Notes: generated by a model not told the origin, from the sequence alone. Positions 41,501-53,693 are shown, counted from the first letter of the stretch. The stretch is DNA of 64,000 nt from Styela clava (GCF_964204865.1 NC_135255.1:9176001-9240000); one strand, 5' to 3'. Translations and numbers: made by a program.

Positions 41501-42437
41501 CATTTTACTACTCCCTCAGCGTTCAATAATTTAGAACGTATATAATTTGGCAGCAGCCTTATAATGGAATATTGATTGTAACGAATCGTAATTATTATCA
41601 TACTTTGACATCCCGAAACATGCAACATCATCCTATATATTTCGCGGCAGTAGAATGTAGCTCACGACAGAGCTCAAAATCAAATGTAAATCAAAGTGGT
41701 TTAAGTGGAAAGTGCTTTCATAGAAATAGCAGACAAAGGCTCAAAACTTTCGCAGTCCCGGATTCCAAACGGACTGATAGCCCAAGGCTTAAACTATGCT
41801 GCATGAGATCAAAGGCTTTGTCACTCATCAAAATCAGCCATTAAAAATGATACACTTTTAGTAATTTAAGAATAACATACCTAGTACAAAACTGATTGGA
41901 ACGAGGTCGGTATAACTTTGAAACTGCAAACATAATTTCTCGAAATAATTTTTGAAATCTGAATGACTGACATATCGATATACCAATGACAGAATGGTGT
42001 AGAGTGTTATGTATATGATGAATTCTCTGAAATGAAAAAGGAAAATAAGTTAAAATATATATTTCAGTTATCACTTCTTTTTTAACAGACACTTTTTCAA
42101 TATTCCGCAAATTACTTTTGCAAGGCATTAGGCAGTCAAACATTCCAGTAATGATATTTTGGGCTTGGTCATTGACTCTTTTCGTTTACCAAGAAACAGG
42201 GTCTTATCGACTTTGTTCCACTGCAATGATAGCTCGTAAATTACCATTCAAATAAAGCTGTCATGCTACATTTACCCGACCATATGCACGGGTTTTGGGC
42301 GATTAAATAAATATTCTAAGAAAAAAAGACGCTTACTTATAAAATAATTTATAAACGCTTCCTTTCCATCGTAGGAGTAGATTTGAGAAACCTCCTAATC
42401 TTGCATTTGCAACCTCGTGCGAATAAGTAACAGTCAT
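29531..42437 (-). CDS. BEST: Bestrophin Ca2+-activated anion channel, 11 coding exons, ~1208 aa
   Basis: Exons 42437-42337, 42026-41881, 38613-38380, 37338-37184, 36097-36020, 34461-34309, 33980-33748, 33475-33130, 32248-31785, 31498-31182, 30930-29531 (3627 nt, all GT-AG, phases compatible). Motifs [77 protein letters not shown]. The four tail exons are less certain than the core. Confidence 0.93.
38103..38303 (+). mobile_element. Truncated copy of MITE family A (see 44728-44963)
   Basis: GGTACTCTCGAAGTATGTGAACCAAGATGGCGGACATC terminus and AGGTTAGGGTTAGGCCATAATTTT core shared with the copies at 44728 and 55135. Confidence 0.8.
41084..41271. mobile_element. MITE family B with 9-bp TSD (Mutator/Merlin-like)
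   Basis: Perfect 9-bp TSD GTTTCCAAG. Inverted TACATTTGAACCC motif at both ends. Nearly identical to 45422-45607. Confidence 0.88.
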
Positions 42438-44727
42438 GTTTTCTGTAACTTTTTTCACAATTCAAAAATATTAAAATTGTCCAAGTAATGAAAAATAAAC
42501 ACAAAGATATATATATCTATAGATATACATTATAGAATAATATGTATATTTAATAATAAAGTCTGCAGAACAAAAATTGATTCACATTATTAAATATCTA
42601 TCATATCTAGTGTTATCGGGAGGGGGCTCGGGCTCGCTGGGTTGTCCATAACCATAGTTTCTTTTTCTATGTTTGTTTGCGATTCTGCTATAAATTATAT
42701 GTTTCGCCCTTTAGCGCTACAATAATAAGCAAAAATATATTCCAATGCGACATCTACAAACATTTTTGCGCCTTCCAATTATAAACTACCATGTTGCAAG
42801 GACTTATCCAGTAACAGAAACTGACGCCACTCGAATATTATTCAAAAAGGCGTATTACTGCCGAATAGCAAGGATGGTTTTTTTATTATTCTGCATCGGG
42901 AGACGGAAATCACGACAAACTAGGCGTGCGACGCGCTAAAAATCAATCGATGTACCGATTTGTTGATACTAAATCATCTCGGAAATGAAAATAAGCATAT
43001 ATGCATCGAAGACGTAACTACTTACCATCTTGCAATGCAGTTTATCGTGACACAAAGGTTCACGATGGAAAATTGTTTCATTTTTGGAAACGGATTCGAA
43101 TGTGAATCTTTAGCTTCTAAATATCGCTGTGAATGAATAATCCGTACAATTTATTCTTTTAAAATTAGACTTGAAACGCAAATAAATTTCACACAAAGCT
43201 ATGTTATCGGCTTATGAACTTTTCTCTCCCCCGGGGATGAATATGTAAGTCCGATCCCATCAGATTTCCGATCGCAGATTACGCCACACCATTGCCGTGC
43301 GCTCTGATGAACCTATAATCCAGCCTACTGCACTGCGCATACATTATGCATTATAACACTCGAGCGAGCCTCATCGATATCTAATATCACTGCTTCAAAA
43401 TCTTGCGCTTTGCGGATGAATACTCTTGTTTCCCATGACTACACTCAAAACTATAACGACATTACAGAAATCAATATTTTCAATCCTCATCCTTCGACCA
43501 GAACAGGCTTATTTAATAAACCCCTTCCTAACTTATACTTTACATTTATATATTTTTCTACTTTACGACGAATCTAGTTTTTATCTTAAAATAAAGACCT
43601 TGACTTTCGTAATCATCTTGAATTTTTAACTATATTTCGAGTGGATTGTTCCCAACGTTTGAATTTATATTTTATCAACACGAAAATTACTTGTTCTTGT
43701 AACTTGGATTTCCAATTATTTTTCTTATAGTAGTCGAATAATCATATACTCGGTGTATACAGCGAAAAAAAAGATTTTCGTACCTGCTGCCTGCTACTCC
43801 GTTTCCCAGACTATTTGGTTCAACGTTTTTATAATCGAATTTAAAAAATATAATTTACCGGGTAAAGTCCACGGTATGTCATAAACGTACACATAAAATT
43901 TACACGCAGACATTAGTCACCCGACGTAACCGACTCGGTTGCCGTAGTCGCTTTGAAACGAGAAAGAACCATTTCGCAACATCGATTTTTTTCGGTGGAA
44001 CAAAAACAAAGCCGTAGTACGGTATGCTTTGTGTATGCCTCTCAGTGGAATATAATGATACGTTGCCAACGAAACTACTACACATGGCCTTATGCTACGC
44101 ATACTTGGTATGTCGGTGTACGATGACGCTAAGCTTCCGATTTCAGTTCGTCGGTTTCAACTGGACGGAGCCGGTTCACCATTGTACGCCGATCAGCTGA
44201 TTCAACGTCACGTCTTTTTGTAGCGACGCAACGAGAGAGAAATGTGAATTCCCAAAATAGTGCGCTTCGTCGATATGATGCAAATATTTGCCTACATACG
44301 GAGTCGCGGACTCGGCGAGCCTCAAGTGCGCGTTGTTAAATGTTGTGTACCTGGATACTGAAGTAAAATCCCAAAGTTCGTGGAGTAAGACTTGTTTTGT
44401 TTATAACTGTGTATGATCACCAAACAATGTAACGCGAACGTATGACGGTCTTTGCATTTTAGTAAAGGCATATTCACATATATTGCATTCAGGCATATAA
44501 TGCACATAATCCCTACGCATTTTTATCTTCCGTGGCTTTGAGCTATTGGCAATGTATAAGATAAGTGTTAGATTTTTGCGAGTTCTGATTTTTTCCAACA
44601 AAATTTTAGTATTTGCAGAAGAAAAATTTCCTAGCCTATTTGGAACATACCAACATTTTTCAAATGTTGTTGTTTGCTAAAAAATATTCTCTCTCGGGAG
44701 GTAATGGGCCAATCGATTTAAATTTTC

Positions 44728-44963
44728 GGGGCTCCCGAAGTATGCGAACCAAGATGGCGGACATCGGAATGTAATATGTGTACTAGGTTAGGGTTAGGCC
44801 ATAATTTTAGGTATAAATACTACGGGAGGCTCTTGGCTAGTCTTCGAACTGATGATAGGACTAAAATAAGGAAAATTGGAAAAAAATTATCGCCTAACCC
44901 TAACCTGTTACCCATGTTACGTTCCGATGTCCGCCATCTTGGTTCGCATACTTCGGGAGCACC
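44728..44963. mobile_element. Full-length MITE family A, GG termini, 8-bp TSD (Merlin-like)
   Basis: ~45-bp TIR GCTCCCGAAGTATGCGAACCAAGATGGCGGACATCGGAA. Perfect 8-bp TSD AAATTTTC. Internal GGTTAGGGTTAGG / CCTAACCCTAACC. Confidence 0.9.
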
Positions 44964-45421
44964 AAATTTTCAATAAAGACGGAATGAAATCTACAACTTT
45001 TTTCATAAATCCTATTGCATGGATTGTGAACCTTTTTTAATCAATAGGTAAAAAAAAAATTTGTGGTAAAGAAGACCGTGGATCATAGATATTTAATCAG
45101 AGTTTGCATCAATGAGCAACTTGGCAAATCTTTATATGGTTTCAAAAAAGTTTGAAAGGCAATTCCACCATGAGGGAATTATAGAATTTTTGAGTGGCGT
45201 CACTACTATTCTGCTTCATTGTTTTTCCTATTCTGTGGTCGCTAATTTAGGTCAATACAATTAAGTCAATTTTTCAACCGGCCTTTAAGCGGGAAAAATA
45301 AACTGCAAAGAATCATTTAGTTCTTCGACCCACCTTAGTTCGTGCATCTCTGAAAGAGAACCGCTGTTACAAGTCAAGTTGAGAGAAATAGGAAAATCAA
45401 TTGTATCGTTATGTCATAAAC

Positions 45422-45607
45422 GGTTCCATTACATTTGAACCCACGACAATTGCACCTGTATACTATTGCACCTATAGAATTTTTTTGTTTTGCGGATATT
45501 AGAACCCATACTAACCCTAACCCATGGGTTTTAGCACCCGCATATAGATTGAACCCGCGGATATACACATGGGTTCAAATGTACGTGGGTTCAAATGTAC
45601 GGTCACC
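45422..45607. mobile_element. MITE family B with 9-bp TSD (Mutator/Merlin-like)
   Basis: Perfect 9-bp TSD GTCATAAAC. Near-identical to 41084-41271. Confidence 0.88.
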
Positions 45608-47567
45608 GTCATAAACGTGTATTAGTTATTGATAGATTGAATCAAAGCCGGTTTTGTATCACTGAAATTTTAATACGTTTTTGTATTAAGAGTTGGTGGG
45701 TCACCGAAAAAACTCAATGGATTAACTTGTGGCGAGCGAGTCATTCGCTATCCCTGTCTTATGGGTCCCGATTTTTCACGCCAAATTGTGTTGATTTTGC
45801 GTACATAGCGCCACCACGTGGTATTCCATCACGATGGACTGCCGATCTTTTCTACAAAAACCGGGGATGAGAAGTAGGCTGAAGCCTAGGAGCGTCAAGC
45901 CTTGGGCCCTAATTGTTATTTATTTTTAGATTATTTTAAAGGCTTGTTCAAAAATTTTGCAATTTAAAAATTTGTGTATGGCACCATATTTATCAACATA
46001 ACATTAAAGACCTGTTATGACCTCATAATAGATTCTTTAATCTTGTGACGTCATTCTTAAAGAGGGGCGCCACAACTGAAACAGCCTATGGCTACGGGCC
46101 TTTATCGTCTAAATCTAGACCTGGGTAATACCAGACTGATACCAATATGAATTGCTACAGTGAACGGAGAATTATTCATTTCGAGTTTCACATATTTTGG
46201 TTCCATATATTTTTGAGCATTGCTCTGTCGTTTATTTTTATTGGGTCTCGTTAGTTGTTAGGCCTTGTTTACGATATTGCGTAAAGGGCATAGTCTTTTA
46301 TGACGCAGTTTCGATATTTGTTACGGATTCCTCCTCCATTCGTTTAAAAGAAATTACTCAAAAACTATTTCTCCATACCCCGAAACCAGATGAAAGGCCC
46401 TGTTACGCCATATCGTGATTAAGGCGTCATCTTATCGACTTTCCTCTCCTCCCTGGGATAAATATGAGAATCTTATTCTATTCAATTTTAAATCTAGAAA
46501 CGTGAATGATGACCAATAATTTTGATCGACTCGTTACCTCTTCGACCACATACGCTGCGTTATACTATGTAGCAATATAGATCTGTAATTTGAGCTAGAT
46601 TAGTAAGTACCATCTCTCCCCTTGCACTTTTAGCTTTAGCTTCAATGTTCAAGTTTTGAAATATTCCTCTGATACTATACATCCCAGTTATTAATTTGAC
46701 TATTCATTTAGATGCAACTTAATGTTGATTTAAAATCGGGGCGTCATTTCAAATATCCCTTTCCAGTTAGGGGTACGCGGTACGCAAATGTGCCAATGAG
46801 CGCCGGTTGGTGATCGGGAGCCTTTTGAACTCGGACTTGGGAGTGATTACCTAAAATCCCATTGTGTTGTAGAATATAGCTACGGTAACTCGAGAACACG
46901 CATACATGCAAATACCAATATTTGAAGGCAGTCCAATCGTTGCACATAAAAACTAACAATTAAAGTTTCCATAGATTTCAGAAGAATCGAGGGCATTCTT
47001 TGCAATGAATAGAATTATATATTGGTTTACTCTAATGTCACAGGATTCATTGTTCTGACCGTTTGTTCCGGTATGTTAGTCGTTGGTTTGTTCAGAGCCA
47101 TTATAAAATGGCTCTGGTTTGTTCGTATTTCGCTTGAGAACCCAACATTTCTAGTCCGTTAAGGCGGATCAATGGTTCACCAAAATTGCAACAACTCTTT
47201 CAGTCTTTTCGGCTCCAACCAGTTATCGGTACTGTTATGAAATCAGATTCACTGGAGGAATTATATTTGTCCGGTTCCAGAGTTTTAGTCTAAAAAAGCA
47301 TCTCCTTTTCCAGTATTCCATCACATAATACTGGTACCGCGTTCGCATCCGACGGCGGTCAGATCAGAATACCATTCACGGGAAAACTTTTGCTAAACGC
47401 AGGTAAAATATTTGCATTGTAAACCTTCATAATAAAATCATGGCTTGTCTCTTTCAAGTAACGAGTTAAAGCTCCATTCGCCTCGGTGGTATTTCTTTCA
47501 GTTTTGCAGGGAATCGGGACCTTAATTTGAGCTAACTCGTACACAAAACGCGGGACTTCTCGGAAGC

Positions 47568-47623
47568 GGGTGTCTCCAAAATGTCAAGTAGGACAAGTGG
47601 TACACGACATTTTGGAGACACCG
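47568..47623. mobile_element. 56-bp hairpin micro-MITE with 9-bp TSD
   Basis: 17-bp perfect inverted repeat GGTGTCTCCAAAATGTC / GACATTTTGGAGACACC with a 20-nt spacer, flanked by the direct repeat CTCGGAAGC (47559-47567 and 47624-47632). Confidence 0.75.
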
Positions 47624-47792
47624 CTCGGAAGCTGCCAACCGCAAACAGATTACGACCTATCCACGTAGTGGAAAACATATTGATTTATCATTGACATTAA
47701 TTTCGGAGACTGTTGGACTCATGAACCCGTGACGCGTAAAACTTTTGCAATTTGCATGTCGTTTATGCATATTAAGGCCGTATTAATTATTT

Positions 47793-48170
47793 CATATACT
47801 TCCTTCTCACTAGGCCCAACTGACCAGGTTGTTCGGTTCGACTTTTTATAAACTACCGGTATCATTAAACCGTGCTGCATAATGAGGATATACTCCGATC
47901 TTCTCTTTCACTCGGCCTGTCTGGCCAGGTTGTTCGGTTCGCCTTCTTATAAACTACCGGTATCATTATACCATGCTGCATAATGAGGATATACTCAAGA
48001 CCTTCTCTTTCATTCGGCCTGTCTGGCCAGGTTGTTCGGTTCGCCTTCTTATAAGCTACCGGTATCATTATACCGTGCTGCATAAGGAGTATATACTCCG
48101 ACCTTCTCTTTCACCCGGCCTGTCTGGCCGGTTGTCTCGGTTTTTCTGATTATTGCATGCTGCATAATGA
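47793..48170. repeat. ~101-bp tandem repeat, ~3.7 copies
   Basis: Unit ATATACTCCGACCTTCTCTTTCACTCGGCCTGTCTGGCCAGGTTGTTCGGTTCG...TGCTGCATAATGAGG starts at ~47793, 47888, 47989 and 48091. Confidence 0.9.
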
Positions 48171-49526
48171 GTCTGAATTTAGAATGCATTCGACTCCATT
48201 GAGAATCGAAGCCTGGATTCAGCGAGATGCTGGCCATCGCTTTCCATAGTATTGATCAAAGCAATAGTTTGTGAATAGTGTAGCAAAGAGGCGATTCTGC
48301 AGTATTTGAATATATATTTGTATTTCATACCACCTCCAGGAAAAACAAATGAAATCAATACCCAATGAATTATTTTCATTATGAATTAAAACGGTGATGA
48401 ATGCATATGCGTACATAATCAACTTTTGGCACAACAGAATTCACAATAAGAGATGCAGGGCATGTGCAGTCCGAGTGTGACATACATTGGAATTAGAAGG
48501 CAAAAAAAAGCAGGGTACAGTAATTATCCTGAAATATATGATCAAAACCTATTCCATTCATTATTATTGCTATTGATTCCATTTCAGCATTCAACAAATA
48601 TACAAAAAAAATTAATGCTGAACACTGAACAACAAACTCCAAGAGCAGATATTAGAAGAGCTCCAATTACCATATTACACACCAAAAGGTTAAAAATCGC
48701 AATTAAATTTTACAATGATATATTGTTATCCGCATGTAGGCCTACAAAGGAGAACTGTCTGTACTTAAAGAGAAGACGAGGTACTGAAATTATTAAGCTT
48801 GAAAGGAACTCTCAGCCATATTTTGAGTAATGGAAAAAAAACATATCTGATGTAACTAATAAGTTCTCATACATATGTGAACTGAAAATTCTTACGAATT
48901 CATACTTCAAGTCGTGTCAACCCTGGTGCTTTTTACAAATAAAATATCATCATCATGAGCATGACACATATTGCATAACTCATTTATAACTTTTAAACAG
49001 CCTCTTCCTCATTCAGCATTAGAATAGACAAGTGGTATGAAACATAAAAGCAAATAAATCATGTTCCTATTCAACATTTGGTGAGAAAAATTATGAGACT
49101 CTCAATCTATGTTCAATGACTTTCTTTGAAAAATGACATTTAACAGTTGAAAAATTCCATTACCAGTATGATACAATATAATATTAACATGACAATTCCA
49201 GTGACAAATAAAAATATGAAATAATCATTTTAAATAAAACATACTTAAAATTTGATACATATATATGTAGTCTAATATAGACCACTAAAATCCAAATAAC
49301 AATTAAATTCAATATTGCACTTTGTGTGTACCAAAGTATGCCAGTGGGGTTTCAAGCTTGAACATGAAAGAAGAATTTGCTACTATTGTTTGTTATCACT
49401 GTTTTTCATATGATGTAAAAATATAAAATCTTTGAAGAACATGATGATTCAACATTTAGAAGTTATCGAAAATTACAATAGTTAATGTGAATATAACAAT
49501 TATAAAGGTGAACATGACAAATCAAA

Positions 49527-50540
49527 TTACCTTTGATAAAAACAGCTATCATGAAATATTTTCAGCACCTCTGACTTTTTTTGATCATCCAAATCCTCCA
49601 GCGGCAGACGAGTTGGGCCACCATAGTATCCAAATGCATCTAAAGCAGCTTTCAGTCCCGGAACACCATATTCGCGAGTAACAGCTACATTTGGGGCAAC
49701 TAATCTTTGTTGCAATACTTTAGCATCTTGTAATTTTCCAGCCTCAAAGAGCTCTTGAACATTGCATACTTCTTTACCTAATATATTGGCCAGTGCACAC
49801 ACACCTCCCACACACCCAATTGAATAAGCAGGTAAAAGAAAACTTGCTGAACCTGCTAAAACTTGGAAGCCACCAGGTACAGCCTTAGTTCTATTAATTA
49901 ATGTTGCTAACTTTGCAACATCTCCATTGCTATCTTTCATACCAATAATATTCTTATGGTTTGAAAGACGAAGTATGGTGTTTATTGGCAAATCTAATCC
50001 AGTATTAACAGTAACATTATAAATCAGTATTGGGATAGGTGACTGATCTGCAACCTGTTCATAATGTTTGGAAAGTCCAGATTGTGTCATTCCAGATTTG
50101 TAATAGAAAGGGGTAATCACCAAAGCAACATCAGCTCCACAATCAGCCATTTTCTGTGTCATTTCAATAGTTGCAGTTGTGGACTCGCAGCCAGAGCCAG
50201 CAATTAAGAGCTTGTCCTTCGGAATCATTTTTCTAGCGTGTTTTATAAGTTCTACACGTTCTTCAGTCGACAAGAATGGGTATTCACCATTGGATCCTTG
50301 GACAACATACCCTCCAAATGGCATTTTGTTCCATTTATCAAAGTTAGAAGCTAATTGATCATAGGAAATTGACATCTTGTCTCCAGCAAATGGTGTTGGA
50401 ATCGGTGGGTACATACCACTGACACTGATCGCATTTTGTGACGAACATCTTGAACTTGATCTTCCCAAGTATGCACCAATACCAGTACTCAGTAAATGAG
50501 TTTTCGATGTGGAATCTCTGATGAGCCTGAGATACTTCAT
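49527..50540 (-). CDS. HOGA1: 4-hydroxy-2-oxoglutarate aldolase, mitochondrial (DHDPS-like class I aldolase), intronless CDS
   Basis: 337-aa ORF with an Arg/Ser-rich presequence, SGMYPPIPTPF, GYVVQGSNGEY, AGSGCESTTAT, Schiff-base IIGMKDS, GCVGGVCALAN and GYYGGPTRLPL. Confidence 0.96.
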   Translation of the reverse strand: MKYLRLIRDSTSKTHLLSTGIGAYLGRSSSRCSSQNAISVSGMYPPIPTPFAGDKMSISYDQLASNFDKWNKMPFGGYVVQGSNGEYPFLSTEERVELIKHARKMIPKDKLLIAGSGCESTTATIEMTQKMADCGADVALVITPFYYKSGMTQSGLSKHYEQVADQSPIPILIYNVTVNTGLDLPINTILRLSNHKNIIGMKDSNGDVAKLATLINRTKAVPGGFQVLAGSASFLLPAYSIGCVGGVCALANILGKEVCNVQELFEAGKLQDAKVLQQRLVAPNVAVTREYGVPGLKAALDAFGYYGGPTRLPLEDLDDQKKSEVLKIFHDSCFYQR

Positions 50541-51109
50541 TACTTTATCTAATACGAGACAAATATGATGGGCTGACTATTTAAAAAATGAAAGAAGTTA
50601 AAAGGGTTAATCCAGTTATAAAAGTCTTATTTTACTTGTTGGTCAGAGCACTTTATGCCAAGACTTTTTTTTAAGTAATACCAGCTTATCGTAGTAATGT
50701 GCTATATACTGATATACCGGTATGTATACTGGTATGTAGGTATAGCTTTATCTGTTTGTACCGGTAGGTACCGGTACCGTATGCTTCAGACTTCTGAACT
50801 TTCTTTCCTCAGGTTCGCCTCGGTATCGGAGTAGGAATGTTGAATGTCAAGAAGTACCGACACACTACTACAGTTCTAAATACTGGTATGTATGGAAAAA
50901 AATATCTTAGGATTTAATACCGTAATGGGTTTCGATATCAACAAACGCTGGTACGGCACTTTTTTGCAATATTGTAATATTTTGGCATTTGTGCAAAATT
51001 AACTTATCAAAATTCCGACATCTCATGGACGTTTCCCCGACCCTTGACCCCTGAAATACTCCCTATAGTTCACCCGTGGTTAACTGAATATTCAGTTAAG
51101 AGAGAGAGT

Positions 51110-53100
51110 GAGTTTATTTCATTTTGTCAAACCAAGAAAACAATATATACATACATACATAACAAATAAACAAATGTTTTCGGTACATGACTGGGAGGCA
51201 ACGATACGACATTTGGAGGTCATCAGAGTCAGTTGCCACCCAATTCAATAAGCATAAAAAATAAATAACAGGTTCGGTGTCAATCTATTAATACCTCTCA
51301 TGTTAGTTTAATATATACAATATTTACATGTTTTATTATCAAAGCGAAAACTATGGTATACGGTTCTTTCAACTGACCGAAATTCGCCTCATATTGAATT
51401 TGAATTTCCAAAATATAAACTGCTTAGTGGAGCCCAGGTACTCCAATAAGATACGATTTATTTGGGAAACTTGTAAACTTATGGGTGAAGGTGAGTTAAT
51501 ACAGAACATGCAGGAATTTGAACAAGGGTGGAGTTCCATTATAACATACACATACTAGTGTTATAAATCAGAAGCACGGGTTGGATCATCGAAACAATAC
51601 AGATTTTTGTTGTATACAAAATGCATTTATTTGGACAAGGCCATTCATGCAAATATTTGATAGTGTTGACTTAGTATAAATAAAGTAATATTAAATTCAA
51701 TATAATCAATACAGTCGATAATAAATTATAAATCAAGTGAATGAAAGACACACAGTTGGCAAAAAAAGTTGACTTGATATAGGAATATATAGGATGCTTT
51801 TTTTTATAACCCTACGTAAAATGATTTTGGACACTTCGAATATAAACATTAAATAGCAGTGTGATTGCACAGAACATATACAATTCATTAGTCCAGGCCA
51901 ACGACTAACATACCGTCCAGGCCATTCATGCAAATTAGATTGAACAGGGAGCTCAATGAAGAAGTATTTTGATTTGATTAACAAATTTAGGGATGATGGA
52001 AATGAGCTATTAGCTTGGAATATTCACTTAATAAAATAAAGAATGTAACATTTTATAACACGATTTGGGACAATTTGATAGCGAACATTTAAGTCATAAT
52101 CGAATTGTAGGAATATATGAACTCATTTTACAGAGAAAATATCATGAATGCAATATAAGCTTGGCATGTTAGCCCTATGGAATAAAAAATGAAGAATGCA
52201 ACATTTTACAACATGATTTGGCACACGTTAAATATGAACATTTAATAATAGTAATCAAATATAAAAATAGAGAGTTAAAGTTGCTTAGGAAATATCATGG
52301 ATGTAATATAAGATGAGATTTGGTTTAGAGCAGCAAAGTAAACCGACAATATGTAACATTGGTGAATATAGCGAAGGATTGCAAACGTAGAAGCAGTAAC
52401 CTTTTATAACACGATTTGGGACACTTTAAATATGAACATCAAATAATAGTAATCAAATATAAAAATAGAGAGTTAAAATTGCTTAGGAAATATCATGGAT
52501 GTAATATGAAATGAAATTTTGGTTTAGAGCAACTAAGTACAACACACGATATGTAACATTGGTGAATATAGCGAAGGATTGCAAACATAATGAAAAATAA
52601 AAAGTAAACTTTTATAATACGATTTGGGACACTTAACCATGGTTTACCATAGCAAAATTTTTAACGCTTATTTTAAGAGTGTTTTGGAGAGTTGACTCTT
52701 ACAAACTGAATTCCACGATCAAAACCATAAGCAATTCTTCTTATAATTTGAATGTTAGAGGGCTGTTTTTCTAATTGGGCACTAGTTGCAGAATTTGTTA
52801 TTATACGAGGGAAGTTGTTATTAAAGTTATTTGAGATTTGGGCAAAAATTATAGAGCATGGACATAGCAGCAATACGATTATAATATAACTTGAATAGGT
52901 AAGGAAATAAACCTAGTCTTTTTTTCATCTATCTATAGCCATCAAGTAGATGAATTTTTAATCGCTTACTGAATGTTGCAAGTGAGTTTTCTTTAATATT
53001 AGACGGAATTTTTTCCCAAATTAGAATGCAGGTAACAGGTACTGATAGCTAATTTTAGCATAGTCCATTGCAGCCTTTCCGAGACTAATTTTTGATTACT
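51110..53100 (-). mobile_element. Highly degraded non-LTR retrotransposon (CR1/L2-like) remnant
   Basis: Minus-strand decayed RT-like peptides (KISLGKAA, YGFDRG) and a 3' end with AATGAAATAAA near 51110. Many stops and frameshifts. Confidence 0.4.
52035..52632. repeat. Degenerate ~150-210-bp tandem duplication
   Basis: Anchor ATAACACGATTTGGGACA recurs at ~52055, 52207, 52406 and 52614. Block 52203-52400 is very similar to 52403-52590. Confidence 0.8.
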
Positions 53101-53113
53101 GCAATTATCAGTA

Positions 53114-53685
53114 CAGGGGTGGGCAATTACTTTGCTGAGTGGACCGGTTTCAGATAATAGACTTACTCACCGGGCTGGAGGTTCAATATGAAACTATTAA
53201 TAAAAACAGTTTATTTAAAAAAAAAAACTATCGTAACAGCTGATGTACAACAAACATTTATTGCAGTGCTTCCCTTTTTCAATTCAATTTCATTGCCATT
53301 TTTCCTGTGTGACCCACAATGAGGTGTTAATACACGACAAAAGAGACCACATGCAATTTACTATTAATGCAAAACTTTTGCGGGATTTTCGGCTGACTTG
53401 GCGGGACAAGACGCTAAAAGCGGGACACTTATGTCCCGGTGGTTTTGCGCAGCGGATAGAAGTCTGTCTCCAACGCCGATATGTTATTTGGTATATACAT
53501 AACTTTCGTGCAAATTGTCCTAGACTTTCGTATGTAACCATACACAAACAGAAGCTAGAGACAATTTTCTATTGTGTTCGGGTTAAGTATCCGGATGGCC
53601 CGTACTCTTATTCGTACTCTGTCTTTCTTTTAGACACAGAGTTGCATGCATATTCACTCTTGGGAAATAGTTTGCCAACGGAATG
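53114..53685 (+). mobile_element. Degenerate hAT MITE containing a Tc1/mariner fragment
   Basis: Terminus CAGGGGTGGGCAA. Internal GGFAQRIEVCLQRR resembles the mariner C-terminus seen at ~10420-10490. Right end is decayed. Confidence 0.4.
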
Positions 53686-53693
53686 GTTGCAAC

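Noticed and set aside
12576-42437. Otopetrin and bestrophin as a polycistronic operon
   Set aside because: They are 10 kb apart with an opposite-strand gene between them, unlike the abutting genes of tunicate operons.
47793-48170. CRISPR-like array
   Set aside because: Whole units are repeated with no unique spacers, there are no cas genes, and the context is eukaryotic.
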